Source: Polyangia bacterium
Lineage (GTDB): Bacteria > Myxococcota_A > Polyangia > JAAYKL01
Direction of reading: 5' to 3'
Assembly (NCBI GenBank): GCA_050287845.1
Contig: JBNKCR010000034.1
Coordinates: 42,704-106,703 of the forward strand
DNA: 64,000 nt
Below are positions 31,852-41,284 of this stretch, piece after piece. The stretch's first letter is position 1, and each line of letters starts with the position of its first letter. The notes below the pieces were generated by a model. That model saw only the letters and a program-made list of their open reading frames with translations. It was not told the DNA's origin and did no database searches. A program made the position numbers and the translations under genes.

Positions 31852-32043
31852 TCAGTAGTTCGGGGGAACCTCGTTGACAATCTCCTGCACGGCGGTGCGG
31901 AACAGCTCCAGATTCACCACATCGTCCGGTTCCCTGGCTGCCTGAGTCAGGCTGATTTTGGTAGACCTTGCCAGTTTGACCTTTCCGTTCAGTCCGACTT
32001 TCTCTCCAACAAACTGATAATATTGCAACAGTCTTTTTCCCAT
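31852..32043 (-). CDS. 63-aa helical hypothetical protein
   Basis: SD AAGGA; MGKRLLQYYQFVGEKVGLNGKVKLARSTKISLTQAAREPDDVVNLELFRTAVQEIVNEVPPNY. Confidence 0.6.
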   Translation of the reverse strand: MGKRLLQYYQFVGEKVGLNGKVKLARSTKISLTQAAREPDDVVNLELFRTAVQEIVNEVPPNY

Positions 32044-32329
32044 GTGGATCCTTTCCCCCCAGGTCTGCGGACATGCTGGCTGCGAACCGGCCACAATCCG
32101 GGAGCGAAGGTGAGCTGGATCAATGTCCTCTGGCACCACACCGCGCACAAACAGTACAATCGGCGGCGGGACGGAAAAGTTTACCTTGCGTTTTCAATTG
32201 TGGAAGCACGCCCCATACCGTGGGGTCCGGATAGGACAGGCCCAGCCCGGGACCGAAGAGAGCCATCATACCCATGCGGAAATTGAAGCCGCCATCTGCG
32301 GGTTGGATTCGATATCCCAGCAAGCAGAA

Positions 32330-32348
32330 GTCACTCGCAGTGGGTGAC
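32330..32348 (-). terminator. Short hairpin just downstream of the vWA gene
   Basis: GTCAC-TCGCAGTGG-GTGAC, about 10 nt past the stop. Confidence 0.3.
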
Positions 32349-32357
32349 GGGACTGTT

Positions 32358-33443
32358 TTATTCCACGAGAACGATTACTTCTTCGCATTCCACCGTAATA
32401 TCCACGGTGTGATCCGCACCATCCCGGAGTCTGTCACATGCGTTGTTCTGCATGGTAACCGATGTCCGGTCATCACCGAGCATCCATCCGTTTTCGTGGT
32501 TGTAGGGCAGGCTGTCCCCGTCAATCTGGACGCGGACCATTTTGGGATCGTCGATGGCAGAGGCCAATTTGTAGTTGCAGGGAATCAGTTCAGATTTGAT
32601 GGTGGCCATCTGCGCAAGCAGCTCTTCGGTATTCTCAGCGGGATAAAAACTTCCCGTGCCACCATTGGCCGCCCATGTGTTCATCAGTGTCACCGAATCG
32701 CCCGTCATGTCATATCCAACAATATAAATGTCAATATTGGAGTCGGTATGCACCTGGGCAATGGTGTTGGTGACGCGCTCCTGATCCGCGGGTGTGGAGC
32801 CGTCGCCGCCATTGTCGTCGAGACAGTTGGGCAACCCGTCCGTGACCAGGATGGCCACCCGACGGCTGCCGTCTCCGGGATCGTTGTCCACCAGCACTTC
32901 CTGGGAAGCGATGAGCGCCTCGTAGGTGGGAGTACCGCCAACCAGTTCTTCGGATTCAATCTGGTAGACTTTGTTTTTAATGGTCTCCGCATTGCTCCGG
33001 GCTGGTTGAATCACGTGATCCCGGTTCACTGTGCAATCCGCATCATTGTATCCGCCGTCCAGAATTGTGGTGGCGAATGGCACCAGCCCCAGACAAAAAT
33101 CGTCGTCAAACGTATCTGCAACCTGGACCATCGCCGCTCTCAGCGAATCCCAGCGATCGTATGTATTCAGGCTGCTGCTCAAATCCTGGAGGATGATAAC
33201 CCGGGGAGGATTGGGTTCGGCATTTACCGCGACTTTCTGACACACGTATCCCTGGCTGTCGGAATCCAAATCGATGTACTCCGTGGAGCGTCCTGTGTCG
33301 GTGAGATTGTCGGATGAATTACCGCCGGTGGTGGTGGCGGAATCCAAATTTCCCCCGTCACTGTCCTCTTCGATCTCCGAGCACCCGAATCCGACCATCA
33401 GAATAGAAATGATCAACCCAAACGATAATTTTTGCATACGCAT
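32358..33443 (-). CDS. von Willebrand factor A domain lipoprotein (CglB-like architecture)
   Basis: SD GGAGG, lipobox GFGC, acidic linker, MIDAS DLSSSL...GGTPT...VTDGLPNC, Cys-containing C-terminus. Confidence 0.8.
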   Translation of the reverse strand: MRMQKLSFGLIISILMVGFGCSEIEEDSDGGNLDSATTTGGNSSDNLTDTGRSTEYIDLDSDSQGYVCQKVAVNAEPNPPRVIILQDLSSSLNTYDRWDSLRAAMVQVADTFDDDFCLGLVPFATTILDGGYNDADCTVNRDHVIQPARSNAETIKNKVYQIESEELVGGTPTYEALIASQEVLVDNDPGDGSRRVAILVTDGLPNCLDDNGGDGSTPADQERVTNTIAQVHTDSNIDIYIVGYDMTGDSVTLMNTWAANGGTGSFYPAENTEELLAQMATIKSELIPCNYKLASAIDDPKMVRVQIDGDSLPYNHENGWMLGDDRTSVTMQNNACDRLRDGADHTVDITVECEEVIVLVE

Positions 33444-33617
33444 CCAAATGTCCTTCCTCCGTAAGGATAAGCTTATCCTAAGCGAATAGTGTGACGTATA
33501 ATTGAACCATCCTATCGTTTCAACAGAATTTCTGCATCTACAAAACCGAACTATTCTACAAGCGGTCTGAAAAGTGAGAAAATTCAATCACTTTGACCGA
33601 TGAGCGACCCAATGCAC

Positions 33618-34121
33618 TCACCCGGAATGCTGGCGGCCGGGTGACGTTCCGACGTCTTGCCGGGAGTGCAGCAAATTGCTGAGAGCTTCCACGGCAAGGG
33701 GAAAGGCCTGTTTCACTTCGGGTGAAAGTGGATGACCAACACTTTTAAAATCCTTGCCTTCCACGCCAACGAATATCACTTCCCCGGGCATTCGTTCCGG
33801 ATGCAGCAGACGCCCCACCCGAATGACTTCATCCAGACCAATATCGTGGGAGGTAACCGGCGATCCCGAAACTCTTTCTATTTTTTGCCATGGTACAACC
33901 TTGAGCGTACCGGGAGAGTTTCCGGTATTGACCGCATCCACCACCACCACCAGGTCTTCACCTTCAAATTCGGAAAGCAGGTCGAGGCCCCCGACTCCAA
34001 GCATTCGGAAGGTGATATTATCGTCGAGTTCTCCGCTGGTGAAATGCTCAAAAATTTTCGGCCCGAACGCGTCGTCAGCCACCAGAGAATTCCCGATGCA
34101 GAGTACTTTGATGCTCGTCAT
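33618..34121 (-). CDS. Hydrogenase maturation endopeptidase (HycI/HybD family)
   Basis: IGNSLVADDAFG, VVVDAV, TSHDIG motifs; ATGA overlap with the upstream gene. Confidence 0.9.
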   Translation of the reverse strand: MTSIKVLCIGNSLVADDAFGPKIFEHFTSGELDDNITFRMLGVGGLDLLSEFEGEDLVVVVDAVNTGNSPGTLKVVPWQKIERVSGSPVTSHDIGLDEVIRVGRLLHPERMPGEVIFVGVEGKDFKSVGHPLSPEVKQAFPLAVEALSNLLHSRQDVGTSPGRQHSG

Positions 34122-34573
34122 TTCACTTTTAAATCGAGGGTGCAGGAGTCTCCGGCTGCAGTATGGGCAATCCGGGCCTGTTTTCCAGAGAGCTGTGCGG
34201 TCATGCCGCTCAGATACGCGTGAAAAATTTTGCACATTTCACCACCCAGTTCCGCGTTCTGATTTTTGCAGATGTCGCGAATCATGCAGGGACCAACGGT
34301 GATTGTGCCACCCTGATCATCGGTTTCCGAGGTGAACTCGAATCCGTTCTGGAAATGCCGGGTCATCACATCCAACACCTGGGCCACAGACGGTTGCTTG
34401 AGGTTCACCGGGATTTTGCGGGCCATGGAGCGACCGGCGGAAACGCCCAGTGGCGCCGAGTTACCGATAACATCTTTCACGGTTGTCGCGAGTACCTCGA
34501 ACAGAAAGCTCACTTCGGTGAAGGCGGCGCTGTAATCACTCTGTTTCAGTTCAATTTCGTTATATTCAATCAT
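34118..34573 (-). CDS. V4R-like (hydrocarbon-binding/MetOD1-like) protein
   Basis: AGRSMA...PCMIRDIC...MCKIFHAYLSG...GDSC; paralogous to 37239-37730. Confidence 0.65.
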   Translation of the reverse strand: MIEYNEIELKQSDYSAAFTEVSFLFEVLATTVKDVIGNSAPLGVSAGRSMARKIPVNLKQPSVAQVLDVMTRHFQNGFEFTSETDDQGGTITVGPCMIRDICKNQNAELGGEMCKIFHAYLSGMTAQLSGKQARIAHTAAGDSCTLDLKVK

Positions 34574-34821
34574 AGGTATCTCTTTGCTTTGACGCTGAAA
34601 TCCAGGTCTCGGTAAAAGTTCTTGACACTGTGAAAGTTCTGCTGACTGATGGCCGTTGAGGGGCAGATGTACGTGCAACTCAGGCAGGCAATGCAGTCCG
34701 CGGCGTTTTTCACAAACACTTTCTGTTCGGTGGCGTTGTATTCCAGAACATCGGTCGGACAGATTTCCGAGCAGATCTGGCAACCGCGACAGGCTTCCTT
34801 TTGAATGGAAATCTCAACCAT
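34570..34821 (-). CDS. 2[4Fe-4S] ferredoxin
   Basis: CRGCQICSEICP and CIACLSCTYICP. Confidence 0.93.
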   Translation of the reverse strand: MVEISIQKEACRGCQICSEICPTDVLEYNATEQKVFVKNAADCIACLSCTYICPSTAISQQNFHSVKNFYRDLDFSVKAKRYL

Positions 34822-36239
34822 CAGGGCCTCCTTGCAATCTGTCTTGTGAGCGCGCCATTTTTACGCATTTCTACGGTGATGGGCATCTGTCCCACCGCAT
34901 GGGTGGAGCAGGACAGACACGGATCGTACAGTCGGATGGCAAACTCCACGCCGTCCAGCAGTGAATCGTCGTCAGCGCCGAATAATTGGACCACCTGCTC
35001 GATACTGCGGTTGATGGCCTCGTAGTTCTGTTGCGTCGCCACCAGCAGATTGGCGCTACGCACGATACCTTTTTCGTCGATTTCGTAGTCGTGAATCAGC
35101 GTGCCCCGCGGTGCCTCCACATGGCCGACTCCTCTCCCCGCCCTCGGTGAAGCCGCTATTCTTGCCTCACCCATGAGCGCAGGATCCTCGCAGATCTCCA
35201 CGGCCTTTTCGCATGCATACTGCAATTCGATGAGGCGACTCCACAGCTGCATGATGGTCAGGTGGCACGTGGGCCCGTACCTGGCCTTGTACTCTTCGAG
35301 ATGGGCCTGTGCCCCGGGGGTTTCCATCTGGTCAGTAAGGTTCAGCCGGGCCAGTACGCTGACCCGGTACAGGTTTTTGTCGCCAATGGGCTGCTTGAGA
35401 AACACCGGTTTCGTATAGGAATAATCCACTGGCTTTTCCACGATGTAATCGGTGTAATTGGCCACGTTGAACTGGGCAGTCTGATGGCCGGTTTCGTCGA
35501 CGATACGGATGTCGCCATCGTAGAAATTCACTTTTCCATCCTTGATGGTTCCCATGTACGAGGACGGCAGGGAGAAACCAGCACAGGTGAGAGAGGGCAA
35601 TTCCTCCAGGAAATTGTTCATCATCTCCTTCACGGTGGGCGCCAACTCGTTGTACAGTTTCAATGCTTCGGCGGCCATGCTTTTGGCTTGGTTGAGTTTT
35701 TCAGCGGTCATTCTGGTGGACATCCCACCAATTACTGCAGTAACCGGATGAATGCCGCGACCGCCGATAAGTTCGTTGATTTTCTGTCCGAGGGTGCGAA
35801 GACGCAGCGCTTTTGTTGCCACTTCCGGCATGGCTTCCACCACAGCGGCGATGTCCCTTTTTTTTCGGTCACCGGTGATGCCAAAAATCATGTCCGGTCC
35901 GGCGAGGGCGAACAGACTGACCGCATGGGAGTGAATGAAATGCCCCATGTAGAGTAACTCCCGCTGCAGTTTGGCCGCTGGCGGTGGATCAACGTTAAAC
36001 GCCGTTTCGATGGCTTTGACTGCTGCCAGATGATGCGCCGACGGGCATACACCACAGATACGGGCTGTAATCAGAGGCATCTGTGCCGCTTCCATTCCCA
36101 CCAGGATGCGTTCGAATCCACGAAGCTCGTTGATGATCATTTTTGCCGATTCCACCGAATCGTCGTCGGCCAGATCAATGAGTACTTTGGCGTGGCCTTC
36201 AATTCGGGTGACCGGATCAATGGTAATTGTTCGCGTCAT
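34821..36239 (-). CDS. [NiFe]-hydrogenase large subunit, group 3 (Mvh/Hox-like)
   Basis: PVTRIEGH, RGFE, L1 motif RICGVC, EAPRGTLIH, L2 motif DPCLSCSTH followed by a cleavable C-terminal tail. Confidence 0.95.
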   Translation of the reverse strand: MTRTITIDPVTRIEGHAKVLIDLADDDSVESAKMIINELRGFERILVGMEAAQMPLITARICGVCPSAHHLAAVKAIETAFNVDPPPAAKLQRELLYMGHFIHSHAVSLFALAGPDMIFGITGDRKKRDIAAVVEAMPEVATKALRLRTLGQKINELIGGRGIHPVTAVIGGMSTRMTAEKLNQAKSMAAEALKLYNELAPTVKEMMNNFLEELPSLTCAGFSLPSSYMGTIKDGKVNFYDGDIRIVDETGHQTAQFNVANYTDYIVEKPVDYSYTKPVFLKQPIGDKNLYRVSVLARLNLTDQMETPGAQAHLEEYKARYGPTCHLTIMQLWSRLIELQYACEKAVEICEDPALMGEARIAASPRAGRGVGHVEAPRGTLIHDYEIDEKGIVRSANLLVATQQNYEAINRSIEQVVQLFGADDDSLLDGVEFAIRLYDPCLSCSTHAVGQMPITVEMRKNGALTRQIARRP

Positions 36240-37177
36240 CAGACTTTCTCCACCTCTTCAATCCACTTTTCGATGAGGAAAGTGGGTTTGTTTCGAATCA
36301 TGCCGCTGGCCATGGCGTAGGCGTAGTAGCTTTTGGCGGATTTCTCGATTTCCTTCACTACGTCCCCGGGGGGAATCTGCGTGAGGGCGGCCATTCGGGC
36401 GGCAACCTCAGTGCGAATATCCCGGTTGGGTTCGGTCAGTATCTGGGGCATCGGTCCATTGCAACCGGTGCAGACCACGCCGTTCTGCGGGCAGGGCGCC
36501 GCGCAGCGGTTCAGGGTCACCGAACCCAGACAGATATATCCCTGACTGAGAAAGCAGGTGTCCTCATCGGGCATGCCGTCCATCACACTTTTAATCTGTG
36601 AAACGTCCGATTTTTTCATGGTCCGCTTGCATTTGGCGCACACACTTTCTTCTTTTGCCCGGGGGTCCCGGTTGTTCACCAGCGACATCATTGCATCAAA
36701 GATGTACGCTGCATGAGGGGGACAACCAGCCAGATACAAATCCACATCTATCACTTCATCCAGCGGCGTGATTTTCGGGTCCATTTCAGGAACGAGCCGA
36801 TTGGGAATGATGCCAGCGGATGAATCGGTGGAGGGATTGTTCAGGTACACCCGGTTGATAATATCATCTGCCGTATGGGCCAGCGCCGCGCCGGGAATGC
36901 CGCCATAAACCGCACAGGTGCCGAAGGCGATGATTTTGTCGCAGGAGGCCCGCATTTTCAGCGCCACTTCGCGATCGTGATCTGTTCGCACCGATCCCGA
37001 TATCAATCCAATCTGTGCCGGAGGATACCCCTTTTCATCGGTCAGGAGCGGAGACCGTTGAATTTCGATGACTTTCATGACATCCACTATTTTTTCATGC
37101 AGGTCCACCAGCGCCACATGGCATCCGCCACACACGCTCAACCACTCTGTATTCAGTTTTATTCTGGCCTTACTCAT
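36239..37177 (-). CDS. [NiFe]-hydrogenase small subunit (MvhG-like, three Fe-S clusters, no Tat leader)
   Basis: CGGC, GTCAVYGG, GCPP, VCAKC, CFLSQGYICLG, RCAAPCP...CTGC. Confidence 0.92.
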   Translation of the reverse strand: MSKARIKLNTEWLSVCGGCHVALVDLHEKIVDVMKVIEIQRSPLLTDEKGYPPAQIGLISGSVRTDHDREVALKMRASCDKIIAFGTCAVYGGIPGAALAHTADDIINRVYLNNPSTDSSAGIIPNRLVPEMDPKITPLDEVIDVDLYLAGCPPHAAYIFDAMMSLVNNRDPRAKEESVCAKCKRTMKKSDVSQIKSVMDGMPDEDTCFLSQGYICLGSVTLNRCAAPCPQNGVVCTGCNGPMPQILTEPNRDIRTEVAARMAALTQIPPGDVVKEIEKSAKSYYAYAMASGMIRNKPTFLIEKWIEEVEKV

Positions 37178-37238
37178 TGAGTCCTCCCTGTTTCAAGCAT
37201 TGATTCACGCATTGGTTCAAACATTGGGATTCAACCGG

Positions 37239-37730
37239 TCAGTCTCCGATGGTCAGTCGTTTGAGACAGGCGTTTTCACCGCTATGAACAATCTGCAGTT
37301 CAGTCTTTTTGCCCATGATGTTTTCGAGGGCTCCGGAAAAGAATCCATACATCATGAAACACAGGGAACCTTCCTGCGGGTGCCCGAAACGAAACAGGCT
37401 CTGCCGGATCATGCAGTCCCGGAATACAAGCATCAGTTCACTGCCCTTTTCGGTGCGTTTCACCAGTTCTTTCTGGTCGGAAGGAATGAAAGGTTCAAAA
37501 TGCCAGAGACAATGATGTGCTTCCAGTACTTTTCGGGTTTCCGTCAATGCTTCTTCCACATCGGTTGTCCGTTTGGCGTTCTCGGTCATCTGTTTACCCA
37601 GCTTGCGTCCGGCGACAAATGTCATTCCATTTGCACTGCGGCCGAGAAGTTCCTCAATGCCACAGGAAATTGCCGGCGCGATGTTCATGGCCTGTTGCAG
37701 TTTTTTTCTGGCTTCCTGAATTTCAGTCAT
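37239..37730 (-). CDS. V4R-like protein
   Basis: AGRKLG...DCMIR...LCFMMYGFFSGAL...GENAC. Confidence 0.7.
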   Translation of the reverse strand: MTEIQEARKKLQQAMNIAPAISCGIEELLGRSANGMTFVAGRKLGKQMTENAKRTTDVEEALTETRKVLEAHHCLWHFEPFIPSDQKELVKRTEKGSELMLVFRDCMIRQSLFRFGHPQEGSLCFMMYGFFSGALENIMGKKTELQIVHSGENACLKRLTIGD

Positions 37731-37755
37731 TGGTTTTTATCCCCCGGCAAGGCTT

Positions 37756-38112
37756 TCAAACGGTCGCGATGATGTCATTCAAGCGTTTTTTGAGTTGGTA
37801 GCGGATGTTGCCGATTTTGGCTTCCAGGTCCGCTGTTACCGCCATAATCGCATCTTCTCCGAGAGTGACTGTGACAATCATCCCCTGGGCGCACTCGATC
37901 ATGCTCAACTGCAATTCACCCACAGCCAGTTGTCGGGCCATCACTTCAGATGAACCGACCCCCGCAGAGATAACTGCGGCCATGGTCTCCATATCCACCG
38001 TACCACCGCGCATCGAACCTTCGACGACAAACCCGTCTCGACTCACTACCACTGCTGCATTCAACCCTTCAATTTTTGTCAACTCATCCAATAGATTCTT
38101 CAATGTACTCAT
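37756..38112 (-). CDS. Roadblock/LC7 (MglB-like) protein
   Basis: LLDELTKIEGLNAAVVVSRDGFVV...MAAV...GEL...MIE...G...IGNIR; SD GGGAGG. Confidence 0.9.
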   Translation of the reverse strand: MSTLKNLLDELTKIEGLNAAVVVSRDGFVVEGSMRGGTVDMETMAAVISAGVGSSEVMARQLAVGELQLSMIECAQGMIVTVTLGEDAIMAVTADLEAKIGNIRYQLKKRLNDIIATV

Positions 38113-38440
38113 TGGTAGACCTCCCGACTGTTACTTACGGCCTGCGAAAATTTTCATTAAGTCCGAAACCCTATATATCGTAACCAGCCAATTTCACTTT
38201 GATAGTCGGAAATTTCGAATAAATCCGGGGTGCCTTTTCAACAGAAATCATTGAATAGATGAGCATCCGCAACAGATGGGATTCGGTTGTTTTAAAAAAA
38301 AGACATCGGTTTGAGCTGATATGAATACAAAGGAGGGTTGACGGTGAAGATGATGACCGGGCAGATGAGCCAGTTTCGGGCATCGTGCTGAGGGAGTGAA
38401 TGGAGATAAACGCTGACGTTCTGACCGCAGCGAGGGGCTT

Positions 38441-39679
38441 TCAGGGCTGGGTTGGCTGGGTGGCTGGAGGCGTGGCTGCCCGGGTGGCTCGTGTCCCGGG
38501 GTGCTCCCATGCCTTCACTTCCCAGGAAGTGTAGGGGGGCTGGTAATAGGTCAGGGCGACATCGAAGGGTCGCATGTATTTTTTGGGGATGTATTTGTTC
38601 AGGATTTCCTTCAGGTCCAGCCCGATACCGAAGTACACCACCCGGTTGGTATCTTTGGTTTTATCAAATGAGCGAAATCCGCGGCTATAATACCCAAGAT
38701 GAAATTCGAGAAATCGCAGGGGCGTCTGTTTCAGCGGTTTGATGCCTGTCATGCGCAGGGCCATCAGATATTTCATCCCGGAATAGTCCGCCGCCATCAC
38801 TCCGCCGTCCATATATGATTTGGTGGGCCAGTACTCCAGTCGAAAATCAAAGAGTTCATCCACGGTGGGCGAAAGGCTCAAACCGGCAGAGATGGCAACG
38901 CCAATGAAATCGGCGAGTATGTCTTCCCATGACCAGCCATAGGCGCTGGTGGCATCGCCCACTTCGATCCAGGTCATCAGTCCCATGGCCACCGAGGAAC
39001 CGACGATGGTGGATCGCAATTTCGACCATCCCTGTCTGCGCAGTCGCCAGTTCAGGAAGTCTGCGAAAACATAGGCCGTGAAAAAATGCCCTGTTTTGTC
39101 TGCGCCCCCGGTGGAGGACTTCTGGGTGAATCCGTACTCTCTTTCAAAATGAAAGGATTGCTCGAACCAGTCCCAGAAATGGATACCCCAGGCAGAGATG
39201 AGCATTGTGCCAAGAAACATCTCGTCCCCGAGGGCGATAAACGGATTCTGCGAGACCGGCGATGGCTGGGTTTCCTTTGTTGCATCTGCAGAAGCACCGG
39301 GCGCGGTCCGGGTCGGAGGCGCCGTCGTTGAGGGGCCCGCCAGTTCCACGGTGATTTTCCGGTCGGCTTCCGGGGCGCCGGTGTCATTGGCCATCGGTGG
39401 CTGCTTCGACGCGGCGTCTGCGGATTTGGAGATCGCCGGACTGGATTCGGTTGTGGCGGATGTCGGTTGCTCAGCCCCATCAACTGCGCTGTTTCCATCA
39501 TTGGGGGTTGCTTCCGCAGAGGCGTCGGTGGGGGGGGCGGGGGCGGAGGAAGGACTCGCATCCGCTGTCCCTTCTTCTGTGGAAGATGCCGTGTCCGTGT
39601 CCTGTGCAGACAATGGCAGTGCCGCGCTGAACACGCATGTCATCAGAACTGCAAGAAGAATGGCTTTCATGGTCGTCAT
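38441..39679 (-). CDS. Secreted DUF2279/YfiM-like protein with P/T/A-rich N-terminal linker
   Basis: Signal peptide; GGADKTGHF, EVGDA...GWSWEDILADFIG, DFRLEYWP, DYSGMKY motifs. Confidence 0.7.
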   Translation of the reverse strand: MTTMKAILLAVLMTCVFSAALPLSAQDTDTASSTEEGTADASPSSAPAPPTDASAEATPNDGNSAVDGAEQPTSATTESSPAISKSADAASKQPPMANDTGAPEADRKITVELAGPSTTAPPTRTAPGASADATKETQPSPVSQNPFIALGDEMFLGTMLISAWGIHFWDWFEQSFHFEREYGFTQKSSTGGADKTGHFFTAYVFADFLNWRLRRQGWSKLRSTIVGSSVAMGLMTWIEVGDATSAYGWSWEDILADFIGVAISAGLSLSPTVDELFDFRLEYWPTKSYMDGGVMAADYSGMKYLMALRMTGIKPLKQTPLRFLEFHLGYYSRGFRSFDKTKDTNRVVYFGIGLDLKEILNKYIPKKYMRPFDVALTYYQPPYTSWEVKAWEHPGTRATRAATPPATQPTQP

Positions 39680-39785
39680 CGTTTCTTCCTTCTAAGGATG
39701 ATATAATTTTACCCGTATGTATTAAACGGTTCGAATCGCTTTAGAAAGAGAATATTTGGAAAACTGAAAATGATGCCGCAACAGA

Positions 39786-41189
39786 TCAGCCTTCATCTCG
39801 CAGGCCAAAGTCCTTCATTTTGGTTTGCAGGGATTTGCGGCTGATCTTGAGGAGCTGCGCCGCCCGGGTCACATTTTTATCCGTCTGGTCCAGGGCTTTG
39901 ATGATCAGCTGTTTTTCGAGGTTGGCCGTGGCGGCGCGCACCTGGTCTTTCAGCCCGCCATTTTCAATATCGAGGGCGGCAGAAATCGCGATGTCCGCGC
40001 CACTGTCCCGCTGTTCTCTTCCGGATACCTCCGGTGGCAGATGGGAGACTTCAATCCGGGCATCGTCGCAAAACAGTGTGCAGCGCTCCACCACATTTTC
40101 GAGTTCGCGAATATTGCCGGGCCATTCGTGAGCCAGCAGTGCCTGAAGCGCATCCGGCTGAAAGTCCTCAATCGCCTTTCCGAGCCGCTGGTTGTATTTG
40201 GTGAGAAAATGTCTGGCAAGCAGCGGGATATCTTCTTTACGGTCAGCAAGACGTGGCAGGGGAATGTGCACCACATTCAGCCGATAAAAAAGATCGTCGC
40301 GGAATTTTCCGTCTTTCACCATCTGCCGCAAATCCTGATTGGTCGCGGTAATCAGCCGCACGTCCACTTTTGTGGTGCTGACGCCGCCCACTCTCTCAAA
40401 TTCGCCTTCCTGGATGGCGCGCAGCAGTTTGACCTGCATTTCCATGGAGATTTCCCCCACTTCATCCAGAAAGAGCGTGCCGCCGTCGGCCAGTTCGAAC
40501 CGGCCGGGTTTGGCGGTTTCCGCTCCGGTAAATGCGCCTTTTTCGTATCCGAAGAGCTCACTTTCAATAAGGGTTGGGGGAATGGCTGCACAATTCACGC
40601 GAATGAAGGGCATTTTGTTTCGATTGGAGTTGTCAAACAGCGCTCGGGCAATCAATTCCTTGCCGGTTCCGCTGTCGCCGGAAATGAGAACCGTGGAAGG
40701 TGTGGCGGCGACCCGTTCCACCATTTCGTAAATTTCCTGCATCCGGCCACTTTTCCCGATAATTTTAAACCGACCGTCCTGGCCGGTGTCGGCGCCGAAT
40801 TCCTTTTTCGACAATTCGCGGGTTCGAGCCGCTTTGGCCACTACATCTTTCAGCGCATTCCGGTCGTAGGGCTTGGTAATGTAATCAAATGCGCCCAGCT
40901 TGATGGCTTCCACTGCCGTGTCCACCGTCCCATGGGCCGTGATCATCACAACGGGCAGTGACACATGACTTTTTTGAATCTCCGCCAGCAGTGCCATGCC
41001 ATCCATCTCCGGCATCCGCAGGTCGGTGATGACGATGTCGATATGATTTTCGTTGAGTACTTTCACCGCTTCGGTTCCCGTTTCTGCCAGGTGAACCTCA
41101 TATCCCCAGCGTTCCAGCTGTGCCTTCAGCATCCGTCTCAGATTTCGCTCATCGTCGGCGACCAGTACCTGTATTTTTTCTTCGCTCAT
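39786..41189 (-). CDS. Sigma-54-dependent response regulator (NtrC family)
   Basis: Receiver domain (ADDE, TDLRMP), GDSGTGKE, ESELFGYEKGAFTGA, WPGNIREL and a Fis-type HTH. Confidence 0.95.
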   Translation of the reverse strand: MSEEKIQVLVADDERNLRRMLKAQLERWGYEVHLAETGTEAVKVLNENHIDIVITDLRMPEMDGMALLAEIQKSHVSLPVVMITAHGTVDTAVEAIKLGAFDYITKPYDRNALKDVVAKAARTRELSKKEFGADTGQDGRFKIIGKSGRMQEIYEMVERVAATPSTVLISGDSGTGKELIARALFDNSNRNKMPFIRVNCAAIPPTLIESELFGYEKGAFTGAETAKPGRFELADGGTLFLDEVGEISMEMQVKLLRAIQEGEFERVGGVSTTKVDVRLITATNQDLRQMVKDGKFRDDLFYRLNVVHIPLPRLADRKEDIPLLARHFLTKYNQRLGKAIEDFQPDALQALLAHEWPGNIRELENVVERCTLFCDDARIEVSHLPPEVSGREQRDSGADIAISAALDIENGGLKDQVRAATANLEKQLIIKALDQTDKNVTRAAQLLKISRKSLQTKMKDFGLRDEG

Positions 41190-41284
41190 GGATTCTTCTT
41201 GCTCTGCAATTTAATCTGTCTGTTGTGGTTGTACACAGCCAAAACCCTCCCGGGCTGGTGGGGAATGCTATAGCACAAACCGAA

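Noticed and set aside
34890..34930. [NiFeSe] hydrogenase
   Set aside because: The C-terminal motif is DPCLSC with ordinary Cys codons and no in-frame TGA.
39786..41189. NtrC-family regulator as a HoxA/HupR-like controller of the hydrogenase
   Set aside because: It is separated from the operon by an unrelated gene, has no cognate kinase here, and I found no convincing -24/-12 promoter upstream of the hydrogenase operon.
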